From IMG/VR virus record IMGVR_UViG_3300019132_000034, positions 1-51,158 of that record: a stretch of 51,158 nucleotides of DNA; one strand, given 5' to 3'. The notes under the pieces were generated by a model, which worked only from the letters and a program-made list of their open reading frames with translations, did not search any database and was not told the origin of the DNA. Shown in pieces: positions 33,581 through 43,485 of the stretch; the stretch's first letter is position 1, and every line of letters starts with the position of its first letter. The position numbers and the translations under genes were made by a program. The stretch comes from a virus.

Positions 33581-35783
33581 TGTACGTGATATGTATGTTG
33601 GCATCCGTCTCCGAGATGAAGCAACACGGGATCTTGAGCGGATAGACCGAAAGATGGATGAAATCCATGTAGGATTTGAACGAATAGGCTTAGAGGCTGA
33701 TGAGGCAGCAATAGGTTTCAACCGTATGGGTATTAGCGGTAGCCGGGCGATGGATGGACTAGATGATGCTATAGAGGATTTAAAGGATGAAATTAGTACC
33801 CTTTCCATGCACATCAGGGCGCTGTCTCTATCATTTTCACAGGCTTTTGAAAGAATGGAAGATGACGTAGAGGATGTCGAGGATGAAGTTGAGGATTTAG
33901 GAAAGCAAATCGATTGGACCACAGCAAAAGTCGGTTTATTAGGGGGAACCTTAACCGCGGTATTTGCAGGGGCTGTAGCTGCCTCCGCGCCGCTATTAGC
34001 CGGGATGGGGGCATTAGCCGCTTCATTAGGAGCAGCGGCGATAGGAGCGGCTGCGTTTGGGGCTGTAGCTGTAGGGGCCCTAACAGATATATTTGAGGCG
34101 CAAAAAGAGGTCACAAAGCTGCAAGAAAAGATCGAAAATGCCGATACCGCAAAGGAACGTATCGAAGCGCAAAAAGAATTAGCGGCGCTCTATGCCGAAA
34201 TGAGTCAGGAACAACGAAATGCGCTTACGTCATTACAGGCCTTTAAATCATTTTGGAGCGGATTTGTTAAACAGTTTGAAAAACCTGTTTTTCAAATGTT
34301 TGCAAATGGATTGCAAGGATTACAAGGCCTTTTAACAAGATTGCAGCCGGCCATTGGAAATGTAGCCAATGTGTTTGTGGAACTCACCGCACAGTTCAAT
34401 CAATCACTCGATAGTCCATCGATGAAACGATTTTTTGAGTGGCTTGAAACGAATGCAGCCGAAAGCCTTTATCATTTCGCTCAAATTTTTGGAAACACCT
34501 TTTTAGGATTTACAAACATGTTTAGTGCCTTTGCGCCGCTGGGGGCTAGTGTAGAGGAATGGTTGGTAAGAATTACTCAGCGGTTTGAAGATTGGGCGGC
34601 TGGATTGAGTCAGTCAACGGCGTTTCAGAACTTTGTTAACTATGCCAAAGCGAACGGACCGCTCTTATCTTCCTTGTTTGGCAATGTCATCAATATCATT
34701 TCAGGTTTAGCGCAGGCTTTTGCACCGCTTGGAAGCGATATTTTAAAGGCATTGATGGGGATTACAGATTTTATTGCCGATATGACTCCATCGTTTAGTG
34801 GTTTAGGAGCTGCTCTTTCTGGAATTATAGGCGGTCTTACGCCATTGTTCCAGCAACTCGCACCATCGATTGCTCAAGGGTTTACTTATCTTATGAACAC
34901 GTTAAAGGGGCTGCAGCCACAGTTCCAAGCATTCTTTCAAAATTTAGGAGTCATCATACAATTTTTACTGCCTGTTATTAAAAGTACTTTTATGGGGATT
35001 GTGACTGGAATCAAAGGAGCTCTCAATATTATTTTCGGTGTGGTAAAGGTTTTTGCTAGCCTGATTCAAGGAGACTTTAGAGCGGCCTGGGAAGGTGTTA
35101 AACAAATATTTACGGGCGCTATTCAGTTAGTTGTCGGACTTGTTACGGTTGGCTTTATAGGAAGGATCGGCAGTTTGTTTAAGTTATTTGGCTCGAAAGT
35201 AGCGTCCGTGTTCTCTTCCTTAGCATCAAAAATGGGTTCTGCGATGTCAGCGGCCAAAAATAAGGTAGTATCGTTCTTTACCCCGCTCAATAATTTTATT
35301 TCAAAAACGAAATCAGCCTGGGAAAAACTCGTCAATGCCTTTAAGAACTTCAAGATGCCGAAAATCGGGCTTCCTAAGTGGATGGGCGGTAAAGGTTTAA
35401 TACAAGTTCCAGGACACGCCACAGGTCTTTCAAGGGTTCCCTACGACAATTACTTAATGCGGGCACATAAGGATGAAACAATTTTACGTGCCGACCAAGC
35501 GGAATCACTTGAACAAGCGGGGATTTTAGACCGGTCTGGATATACACCAAAAGTGAATCTACCAACGGATTCATCCGTTTCGTCAGCGGTATTTCAACAT
35601 CGATTAGGGGAGCCGACTACAGGACCGAGGGGAGCATCCATTAATTTCGCTCCAAATGTGAATATTTATGTGACCGCTCAAGATGTACAAGGCGCTGGTA
35701 ACTTAGAAGCGGCATTGAATAGGAAGTTAGACGAACTGTTTCAAATGCTTTTAGATATCTATCCAGCGGAGGTGGTGCGCTAA
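33573..35783 (+). CDS. Tail tape measure protein
   Basis: About 735 aa, with coiled coils, Gly/Ala-rich hydrophobic segments and the expected position. The start is taken at ATG 33573. Confidence 0.85.
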   Translation: MDSVRDMYVGIRLRDEATRDLERIDRKMDEIHVGFERIGLEADEAAIGFNRMGISGSRAMDGLDDAIEDLKDEISTLSMHIRALSLSFSQAFERMEDDVEDVEDEVEDLGKQIDWTTAKVGLLGGTLTAVFAGAVAASAPLLAGMGALAASLGAAAIGAAAFGAVAVGALTDIFEAQKEVTKLQEKIENADTAKERIEAQKELAALYAEMSQEQRNALTSLQAFKSFWSGFVKQFEKPVFQMFANGLQGLQGLLTRLQPAIGNVANVFVELTAQFNQSLDSPSMKRFFEWLETNAAESLYHFAQIFGNTFLGFTNMFSAFAPLGASVEEWLVRITQRFEDWAAGLSQSTAFQNFVNYAKANGPLLSSLFGNVINIISGLAQAFAPLGSDILKALMGITDFIADMTPSFSGLGAALSGIIGGLTPLFQQLAPSIAQGFTYLMNTLKGLQPQFQAFFQNLGVIIQFLLPVIKSTFMGIVTGIKGALNIIFGVVKVFASLIQGDFRAAWEGVKQIFTGAIQLVVGLVTVGFIGRIGSLFKLFGSKVASVFSSLASKMGSAMSAAKNKVVSFFTPLNNFISKTKSAWEKLVNAFKNFKMPKIGLPKWMGGKGLIQVPGHATGLSRVPYDNYLMRAHKDETILRADQAESLEQAGILDRSGYTPKVNLPTDSSVSSAVFQHRLGEPTTGPRGASINFAPNVNIYVTAQDVQGAGNLEAALNRKLDELFQMLLDIYPAEVVR

Positions 35784-36355
35784 TGGCGAAACTAGGAAAC
35801 TATCACTTATTTGTTTTAAACGAATCCCCTCAGTATAGCGTACAAACCACCTCCTATCCGGTGGAAAAAGGGATTGCATTAACCGATCATGTGCAACCGG
35901 AGCCAGAATCACTAAAGATTGAAGTGTTTCTAAGCGGTCCCCACTACCTACGCATACTCGATCAACTCAAAAACAGTATGTATAAGGGCGAACTCATGAA
36001 CTATGCCGGACGTTTTCTTATGCGAAACATGGTCATAGATAACATATCACCAGGCGCGAATGCCCAAGCAAAAAATGGGGTGATGGTTTCCATTTCTCTC
36101 AAACAAATTCGTGTAGCGACCACTCCATATACCAAAACATCTGTAAATCGTACACAGGTAAAAAAGGTAACGAGCTCTGGACAAAAACAACCAATACCAA
36201 AGAAACCAAGTACAGCTGTCTATCACGTGGTCAAAAGAGGCGATACCTATTGGAAGTTATCAAAAAAATACGGAATCTCTGTTAATCAGTTGCGAAAATG
36301 GAACAAATATCCTGATACCAAGATCCCTATAGGTATAAAGCTTCGTGTAAAGTAG
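35783..36355 (+). CDS. LysM-domain tail protein (XkdP-like)
   Basis: C-terminal LysM domain YHVVKRGDTYWKLSKKYGISVNQLRKWN. Confidence 0.7.
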   Translation: MAKLGNYHLFVLNESPQYSVQTTSYPVEKGIALTDHVQPEPESLKIEVFLSGPHYLRILDQLKNSMYKGELMNYAGRFLMRNMVIDNISPGANAQAKNGVMVSISLKQIRVATTPYTKTSVNRTQVKKVTSSGQKQPIPKKPSTAVYHVVKRGDTYWKLSKKYGISVNQLRKWNKYPDTKIPIGIKLRVK

Positions 36356-36676
36356 GTGAACGAGATGAGAGTGATTGAGATTGATAAATATAACCTACCG
36401 GAGCGATTCGATATCGAGTTAGGAACGGAGTTGTTCTCCCTCGAAATTAACTATAATGCAACAGGAGACTTTTTTACTGTTGATTTATATAAAGAGGATG
36501 AACCGCTTGTTTTGGGGGAGAAAATTATGTACAACCAACCACTATTCCAAGAGGTAGAAGATAACCGTTATCCTGCTCCTCAACTGCTGGCTACTGATTT
36601 AGCGGGGAAAGAAAGCCGAGTTTCATGGGAAAATTTCGGTGTAACCGTATTTTTGGTGGTGAATGATGGTGAGTAA
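36356..36676 (+). CDS. Hypothetical tail protein
   Basis: A 106-aa ORF in the baseplate module. Confidence 0.45.
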   Translation: MNEMRVIEIDKYNLPERFDIELGTELFSLEINYNATGDFFTVDLYKEDEPLVLGEKIMYNQPLFQEVEDNRYPAPQLLATDLAGKESRVSWENFGVTVFLVVNDGE

Positions 36677-37487
36677 TGTACTGTTTGGCCGTGTGATACG
36701 TGTGAAAATTGGAAACAGGGCCTTTACGAATGATGAGTTAGAAATTCGTTTTTCTGTTCCTTTTGACGATGATCCAAAGCCGAATATAGCAAAAATTGAG
36801 ATTTTCAACCTTTCTGCAGATACTATTAACCGCTTAAAACGTGGGAATACTTGCATTATTGAAGCGGGTTATCGTGGTGATGTAGGAGTCATTGCAAAAG
36901 GAAAGATTACAAGCGTTATTACCCAACGTGACCAAATCGATAAAATCACAACCATTCAAGTAATGGAAGGAGACGACTATTCCCGTATTAAAGTCGATGC
37001 GAAACATGCGACAGACAAAAAGAATAACAAAATCACATTTAAAAAGGGAACAAAGGCATCTGTTATCATTAGGCGTTTATGCAGCGTGTTAGGGATCAAG
37101 ATAGTTTCTATAAAACTGCCGAAAGATGTTGTGTATAAAAACGGGTATTCCGTGACAGGACAAATTCTTAATAATTTAGAAGAAATTATTAAAGATTGCG
37201 GGGCTTCTATGTACTATCGAAGAGGACAAATGGTTATACGAAGTATCAAAGAAGGGAACGATGAGCGGTTTTTATTAAACAGTGACACAGGCCTTATCGA
37301 AAGTCCAGAACCGTTTGAGGAAGAAGGGGTAAAAGGTTATAAGGTTAAGTGTTTGCTGCAGCACCGGATTACCACCGCTAGTATTATTGAGATTGATAGC
37401 AAAACCGCTAAAGGGAAATATCGCGCTCGAAAAGGAGAGCATCGAGCGGATGGAAATGATTTTTTAACCGAATTCGAGGTGGTTTGA
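36663..37487 (+). CDS. Baseplate hub protein (XkdQ/late-control-D-like)
   Basis: Called on size and on synteny with PBSX xkdP-Q-R-S-T-U. Confidence 0.55.
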   Translation: MMVSNVLFGRVIRVKIGNRAFTNDELEIRFSVPFDDDPKPNIAKIEIFNLSADTINRLKRGNTCIIEAGYRGDVGVIAKGKITSVITQRDQIDKITTIQVMEGDDYSRIKVDAKHATDKKNNKITFKKGTKASVIIRRLCSVLGIKIVSIKLPKDVVYKNGYSVTGQILNNLEEIIKDCGASMYYRRGQMVIRSIKEGNDERFLLNSDTGLIESPEPFEEEGVKGYKVKCLLQHRITTASIIEIDSKTAKGKYRARKGEHRADGNDFLTEFEVV

Positions 37488-37915
37488 TGGCGAAAGATAC
37501 GAAATTTTTTGATGACTTTGCGAGACAAATCAAGTTGTCTATTCATACCATCGCTCCCGCTAAAGTGGTAAGATATCACGAATCAAAACAGAGGGCTGAC
37601 ATTCAGTTACTATTTATGACCGTTTATAAGGATGGAACAAAGGAACCATATGGATTACTAGAAGATGTGCCCGTACAGTTTCAACGGTTTAAATTAAATA
37701 AGGGACAATCCTTCCAGATTCAAATTAACGGCGTGACACAAACCGCTCAAGTAGAGCAAGACCTTGTGTATACGCCGTTTTTACGTGCAGGGGACATTGT
37801 AGTGGTTGGTTTTGCGGAACGGGCTCTCGATAACTTAACCGATAAACCATTTGATCCGGAATTCCATCGCACCCATAGTGTACAGGATGCTGTTGTTTTG
37901 GGGGTATTGAAATGA
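37484..37915 (+). CDS. Baseplate spike/plug protein (XkdR-like)
   Basis: Synteny; 143 aa. Confidence 0.45.
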   Translation: MMAKDTKFFDDFARQIKLSIHTIAPAKVVRYHESKQRADIQLLFMTVYKDGTKEPYGLLEDVPVQFQRFKLNKGQSFQIQINGVTQTAQVEQDLVYTPFLRAGDIVVVGFAERALDNLTDKPFDPEFHRTHSVQDAVVLGVLK

Positions 37916-38271
37916 GAGCACCAAAAATAGTAGACGGGGATTTGGTCATTGAAAATGGCGATGTGGTGATGGTAGAAAGAGATGAGGAATTATCTCAGTC
38001 CCTCCGTTCCATCTTCCAAACCAATAAAGGGGAATGGTTTCTTGATCATGAACACGGACTTGATCGCTCCCCGTTTCTTGTCAAAAAATTTGAAGAAGAA
38101 TTGGCCAACGACGCCTTAGCAGAAGCTACCTTGCAAGAGGACCGAATACAGCGAATTGAACAAATTTCCTTTCAACGGGAAGGACGATTTATGAAGGTGG
38201 ATGCCACATTCATGAAAAAGGATGGTCAGCCGCTCCAAGTGGAAGGGGTGAATGTAATTGCTGGACCGTAA
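37912..38271 (+). CDS. Baseplate wedge protein (XkdS/DUF2634-like)
   Basis: DGDLVIENGDV...LSQSLRSIFQTNKGEWFLD pattern. Confidence 0.5.
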   Translation: MRAPKIVDGDLVIENGDVVMVERDEELSQSLRSIFQTNKGEWFLDHEHGLDRSPFLVKKFEEELANDALAEATLQEDRIQRIEQISFQREGRFMKVDATFMKKDGQPLQVEGVNVIAGP

Positions 38272-39433
38272 CGGATTTAAAAGGAAACGATACAGTGACT
38301 TAATAGAGGATATGACAATAAAAGCGAAAGAACTGTTTGGTGAGGATATCAATGTAACGGAGCGTTCGTTTCTTGGTATCCTCATCCGTTTTTTTGCGTG
38401 GTCTTTGGCTATTCTGTGGGAAGTAGCGGAAAAGGTCTATAATAGCGGTTATATGCATAAAGCAGAGGGAATTCAATTAGACCGAAAAGCGTGGGAATTT
38501 GGTTTAACACGATTACAGGAACAACATGCAAGGGGAAGAATAGAAATTTTCGGTTCTCCCGGTTATATCATTCAAGAGGGAACGCTATTTGAAACAGAAA
38601 AAGGAATTCTCTTTGAGTTAACTGCAGATGTCACACTCAGTGCAAACGGAGCGGGTGTGGGTGAGATTGTATGTATTGAGCCTGGAACTAAGGGGAATGT
38701 GGCCGCTCATACAATTACAATCCTTAGCAATCCAGATGGAAATATAACGAGTGTAACCAATCCTGAACCAACTACGGGCGGAAGAGAACGAGAAACAGAC
38801 GCCGAATTTTTAGAGCGCTATCAACATTCCCTATCCGGACTAGGTTCTGCCAATGTCGATTCTATTCGAGCGGAATTGTTAAAGTTGAATGGTGTTCGTG
38901 CTGCTATTGTGATAGAAAACAACAAATCCACTCCTGACGAAGCAGGAAGGCCGCCTAATAGTATTTGCGCTTATGTCCTTGGTGGGGATTCTGATGAGAT
39001 TGGCTATGTAATTTTTAAGAAGAAAGCGGCGGGAATTGAAGCGTACGGTACTGAACAAGTCCAAGTATCCGATTTAGGGGGATATCCGCACACCGTTGGA
39101 TTTAGCCGTGCTATCGAAATTCCAATATCAATACAACTCTCTATTTACAAAAATGAGAATTTTCCATCCGATGGCGTCGAGAAAATAAAAACGGAGTTAA
39201 TCAAATATGTTGGCGGAGTGGCGGAAGATGGAACTTTCTATACGGGCTTAAATATGGGGGAACCAGTAGTATTCTCCAAATTAATTAGCCGGGTCTATCA
39301 GATTGAAGGGATTGACGACGTGGAGTTGCTTGTAGGTATGAAAGGGCAAACACTAGGGACAAACAACATCAACCTAGATATTATGGAAGTTGCTCAAATT
39401 TCTCACACCGATATTGAGGTGCAAGTTCTATGA
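38258..39433 (+). CDS. Baseplate J-like protein (XkdT-like)
   Basis: A 391-aa ORF with the motif TGGRERETDAEFLERY. Confidence 0.7.
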   Translation: MLDRNGFKRKRYSDLIEDMTIKAKELFGEDINVTERSFLGILIRFFAWSLAILWEVAEKVYNSGYMHKAEGIQLDRKAWEFGLTRLQEQHARGRIEIFGSPGYIIQEGTLFETEKGILFELTADVTLSANGAGVGEIVCIEPGTKGNVAAHTITILSNPDGNITSVTNPEPTTGGRERETDAEFLERYQHSLSGLGSANVDSIRAELLKLNGVRAAIVIENNKSTPDEAGRPPNSICAYVLGGDSDEIGYVIFKKKAAGIEAYGTEQVQVSDLGGYPHTVGFSRAIEIPISIQLSIYKNENFPSDGVEKIKTELIKYVGGVAEDGTFYTGLNMGEPVVFSKLISRVYQIEGIDDVELLVGMKGQTLGTNNINLDIMEVAQISHTDIEVQVL

Positions 39434-40074
39434 GTTTTTTTACGGATATGTTAAATCGCTTAACAAGCGTATATTGTAAGAATCCACAAAGCAACATTGG
39501 AAAGGTCATAAAAATTCTTACGGATGAACTAGACGACTTAAAACAAACAATGATTCGAATCGAAGAGTGGCGGAATGTTGATCAAGCGGAGGGGACCGTA
39601 CTTGATGATTTAGGTCAAAATATTGGCCAACTAAGAGGAGCGGCTACCGATGAGGTTTACCGTATTTTATTACGTTCGAAGGCAGCCAGAAACTTTTCAG
39701 ATGGAACAATTGATACCATCATCCGAGTCATTTCCATCGCATTAAATGCGGATCCCAGGGAACTTCGCATTAAGGAACTATACAACGATCCAAACAATCC
39801 AGAGCCGGCCGCTATTGGTTTAATTGAAGTCCCTTTACGTCGGTTAAATGAAGTTGGAATGTCGCCAAAACAGTTCAGACGGATCGTACAAAAAACCGTA
39901 GCATCCGGTGTTAGAGTGGCAAATATTGAATTATCCGGAACATTTAGTTTTTCCTCTCAATCCTCCCAATCAGAATTAAGTGATACAGCAGGATTTGCAG
40001 ATATAAATCAAACAACTGGTGGCTATCTAGGAGCCTTATTTGTGGATTCAACGGATACAGAATTACCAATTTAA
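39430..40074 (+). CDS. Baseplate/tail-fibre adaptor (XkdU-like)
   Basis: Synteny; 214 aa. Confidence 0.55.
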   Translation: MSFFTDMLNRLTSVYCKNPQSNIGKVIKILTDELDDLKQTMIRIEEWRNVDQAEGTVLDDLGQNIGQLRGAATDEVYRILLRSKAARNFSDGTIDTIIRVISIALNADPRELRIKELYNDPNNPEPAAIGLIEVPLRRLNEVGMSPKQFRRIVQKTVASGVRVANIELSGTFSFSSQSSQSELSDTAGFADINQTTGGYLGALFVDSTDTELPI

Positions 40075-40089
40075 GAGAGGTGAAAAAGG

Positions 40090-42345
40090 ATGCCTTTTGA
40101 TTCAAACCAATTACCTGAATGGAATGCACCAGGAGTTGAACCACCACAAAGTAAAAAGGACGAAGGATGGGGTGTCACTGAAAAACCCCCGGCAGATTGG
40201 TTCAACTGGTTTTTTTATAGGACCTATAATGCGTTAAAGTCCTTGTTTAATCTAGCGCAACACAAAGAGGAAAAAGGTCAACCAAACGGATATGCCAGTT
40301 TAGATGGGAATGGAAAAATTCCTGAGACACAAATAAAGGATGCTACCGTATCACAAAAAGGAATTGTTCAATTGAACAATACTGTGTCGAGTACAAGTAC
40401 AACTCAAGTAGCAACCGCAAATGCGGTGAAAACAGCCTATGATCGAGCTGTAAATGCTGAAAATAATGCAAAAGCGGCATCGGCGCCTATTGATCATGTT
40501 GGTGCAGGCGGAAATGCTCACGCGGTAGCAACTACATCCCAAGCAGGGTTTATGAGTGCATCCGACAAAACCAAACTAGATGGTATTACGGCGGGTGCGG
40601 AAGTGAACCAAAACACATTCAGTAACGTAAAAGTGGGAACATCGACTATCGCTGCTGACAGTAAAACAGATACACTCGAATTAGTGGCGGGTTCAAATAT
40701 CACTTTAACCGCTGACACTATCAATGATAGGGTTACTATCGCGGCGAATGTGCCTGTTACAAGTGTCAACAGTAAAACCGGCGCGGTCACATTATCCGCA
40801 TCGGATGTAGGAGCGGAAACGCCGAGCGGCGCACAAGCAAAGGCTGACCAAGCGGAAATTAATGCCAAAAACGCAAGTTTACCAAGAACAGGTGGAAAAC
40901 TAACAGGAGATTTAGAAATTAATGGATGGAAAACAAAGAATATTAACGGAAGCACAGGAACAAGTGTTCAATGGATTAAAGTGGCTCGAATACAGAATAC
41001 CTCCGCTATTGACGGTAACGAATATGCGACTTTCACAGGCGTTCTAGTGGTTCAGCGAGATTATGGGAATACCGCTAACGAAACAATAGGGGAAGTTAAT
41101 TTTTCATTTGGAGTTAGAGGAGAAATTAAACCTGTGTTATTTGTCACAGGGGATGCCGCAAAATTAAGCACTATTCAAGGCTTTAAATTCCGAGTATATA
41201 GGGATGCTAGTGGATGGCATTATCTCTATTTCATGCGACCTAAGCACTCTCGATTCGCATCATTCCTATATCGTTCCGATGGATGTACGGAATATTGGAC
41301 ACAGGAGGACCCAACAACGATTAGTGGTCTCACGTTGGTATGGGATAGCGACAACGGAAGTGTCCAGGATGTATATGTAGGGAAAAACAAAGTATGGCAT
41401 GAAGGGAATGGTGGCGCAGGAAGTGGACTAGATGCCGACACCGTAGACGGTAAGCATTTTTCGGATATACAAGCTGATGCACAAGTAAAAGCCGACCAAG
41501 CGGAAGCAAATGCAAAAGCGGCATCGGCGCCTATTGATCATGTTGGTGCGGGCGGAAATGCTCACGCAGTAGCAACTCAATCTCAAGCAGGTTTCATGAG
41601 CGCATCCGACAAAACAAAATTAGATGGCATAGCGTCAGGTGCAGAAGTCAATCAAAATGCGTTTAGTAACGTCAAAGTAGGAACAACGACTATTGGCGCT
41701 AATAGCAAAACAGATACATTAGAACTTGCGGCGGGTTCAAATATTACTTTAACAGTTGATAGCGCGAATGACAGAGTAACTATAGCGGCGAATGTGCCTG
41801 TTACGAGCGTAAACAACAAAACCGGAGCGGTAGTGTTAAGTGCTAGTGATGTGGGTGCGGAAACACCGAGTGGAGCGCAAGCGAAAGCAAACCAAGCCGA
41901 GACAAACGCGAAAAACGCTGCTCATTTGAAAACGGCGAATAATATGTTGAGTGTTCCGAGTCAATCGCAGGTTATCGCTTCAAAAAGCGCAACGCAAACC
42001 GTATCGCATGGAATTTACACAAAAGTGACGCTAGACGTTGAACACGCAGATACACAAGGGGAATTTTCAAACAGTGCCTTTATCCCCAAAGAAAGCGGAA
42101 CATATTTAATCATTACGCACACAGTTTTACAATCTGCGCCGACAGGTGATGTATATCACGATATTTGGGAAAATGGCGTCCAATTAACGCATAACGGGGT
42201 AGGATACAACCAAAAAATAGGGATTAACACTCGATTACTGCAGCTAGTAGCAGGAAGAACCTATGAGTTTTATATACAAGTCTGGAACTCTAATAATGCT
42301 GCAACCATTTCAGCAGCGCAACTGTTCATATATCGTCTAGGGTAG
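40090..42345 (+). CDS. Tail fibre protein with an internal duplication
   Basis: A 751-aa ORF with repeated GFMSASDKTKLDG fibre-repeat modules and a distinct C-terminal domain. Confidence 0.75.
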   Translation: MPFDSNQLPEWNAPGVEPPQSKKDEGWGVTEKPPADWFNWFFYRTYNALKSLFNLAQHKEEKGQPNGYASLDGNGKIPETQIKDATVSQKGIVQLNNTVSSTSTTQVATANAVKTAYDRAVNAENNAKAASAPIDHVGAGGNAHAVATTSQAGFMSASDKTKLDGITAGAEVNQNTFSNVKVGTSTIAADSKTDTLELVAGSNITLTADTINDRVTIAANVPVTSVNSKTGAVTLSASDVGAETPSGAQAKADQAEINAKNASLPRTGGKLTGDLEINGWKTKNINGSTGTSVQWIKVARIQNTSAIDGNEYATFTGVLVVQRDYGNTANETIGEVNFSFGVRGEIKPVLFVTGDAAKLSTIQGFKFRVYRDASGWHYLYFMRPKHSRFASFLYRSDGCTEYWTQEDPTTISGLTLVWDSDNGSVQDVYVGKNKVWHEGNGGAGSGLDADTVDGKHFSDIQADAQVKADQAEANAKAASAPIDHVGAGGNAHAVATQSQAGFMSASDKTKLDGIASGAEVNQNAFSNVKVGTTTIGANSKTDTLELAAGSNITLTVDSANDRVTIAANVPVTSVNNKTGAVVLSASDVGAETPSGAQAKANQAETNAKNAAHLKTANNMLSVPSQSQVIASKSATQTVSHGIYTKVTLDVEHADTQGEFSNSAFIPKESGTYLIITHTVLQSAPTGDVYHDIWENGVQLTHNGVGYNQKIGINTRLLQLVAGRTYEFYIQVWNSNNAATISAAQLFIYRLG
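40471..40875 (+). repeat. Tail-fibre internal repeat, copy 1
   Basis: A highly similar segment of about 405 nt recurs 1044 nt downstream. Confidence 0.8.
41515..41919 (+). repeat. Tail-fibre internal repeat, copy 2
   Basis: Partner of 40471-40875. The encoded peptide is KAASAPIDHVGAGGNAHAVAT...VGAETPSGAQAKA. Confidence 0.8.
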
Positions 42346-42648
42346 GTGATAGATAAAATGATTTATAGTATTAAAAAGAGGTATCCAGAGCTGACGGAAA
42401 GTGATTTTATGATCGCGGATCGTTCCGATGGAAAAGGTCCTGTTGTCGTGTATTGGAATAGTGACAAACCAAAACCGACAACCGAACAATTACTAATATG
42501 GATGGTAGAGGATGCTAATGATATTCCAGCCACCAAAACACACGAACAAATTATCCAGGAAGAAAATCAGGAATTAAAAAGACAAATAGCGCAATTAAAC
42601 GCCGATTTTGCGGCATTTATGGAATATATCATTAGTGGGAGGGTGTAA
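42346..42648 (+). CDS. XkdW-like protein
   Basis: About 100 aa, with the pattern DF.I.DRSDGKGP.V..WNSDKPKPT. It lies after the fibre gene. Confidence 0.5.
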   Translation: MIDKMIYSIKKRYPELTESDFMIADRSDGKGPVVVYWNSDKPKPTTEQLLIWMVEDANDIPATKTHEQIIQEENQELKRQIAQLNADFAAFMEYIISGRV

Positions 42649-42650
42649 CC

Positions 42651-42878
42651 ATGTCAACAACCCAAACTATTTATCCGTTTTTAAGAAACACATATGCCAG
42701 AGAGATTTACTTATACGGAAACCGCCGTTTTTCCGACATCCCAACTCATTATCATGAACCTGTTAAGGAATATGCTGCAGTAACTTTCACCCAAACACAA
42801 ATTGACAATGCCTTAGCGCAAGGATGGATTACACAACAAGAATATGATGAAACGATGGCTTACAAACAAACCGTGTAA
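42651..42878 (+). CDS. XkdX-family protein
   Basis: A 75-aa ORF with the motif GWITQQEYDETM. It lies just before the holin. Confidence 0.6.
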   Translation: MSTTQTIYPFLRNTYAREIYLYGNRRFSDIPTHYHEPVKEYAAVTFTQTQIDNALAQGWITQQEYDETMAYKQTV

Positions 42879-42919
42879 GTCATTTTTATTTTGGCTATTA
42901 GGGAAAGGAGAATGGGAAC

Positions 42920-43429
42920 ATGAGATTTTCATTAGAGATTTTTAACGTAAAAAAATTGCTTTCTCCCGCTGTAGGGTTTGCTTCGGCTGTTAGCGGTACA
43001 ATCGGTTCCACGCTACAAGTGATTTACGGTTCCGCTAATCTAATCTGGATGGGGATTTATGTATCTATGATTGTGATGGATTGGATTTCTGGAACGGTGG
43101 CGGCTAAAAAAGACAAATCGTATGGTAGTCAGTATGGAATTGAGGGGATTTTTAGAACAGTATTCTTGTTACTATTTCCGGCTGTTGCGAATCAATTAGA
43201 CAAAGCTTTGGGAACGCAAAGCTTTTTATTTTTTACCGTAATCGGTGGACTTATCTATCACACATGGCAAAGTATCATGGCCAACACTGCACGCGCTGGA
43301 TGGGAAAAATGGATTCCCCAGCGACTATTAGAAAGTGTTGCCTCTGAAATTGAATTGAAAAATCAGCGTTCACGAGAAAGAAACCCATTTATAAATTCGG
43401 AAAAGGCTTTTAACGACGATGGAAAATAA
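42920..43429 (+). CDS. Holin (LL-H / phage_holin_4_1-like)
   Basis: Several TM helices and the MDWISGTVAAKKDK motif. It precedes the endolysin. Confidence 0.75.
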   Translation: MRFSLEIFNVKKLLSPAVGFASAVSGTIGSTLQVIYGSANLIWMGIYVSMIVMDWISGTVAAKKDKSYGSQYGIEGIFRTVFLLLFPAVANQLDKALGTQSFLFFTVIGGLIYHTWQSIMANTARAGWEKWIPQRLLESVASEIELKNQRSRERNPFINSEKAFNDDGK

Positions 43430-43485
43430 GCTGCTTGGTTAAACCAAGCGGCTTTTACTTTGTAATGACGAAGGAGGTATATCAT

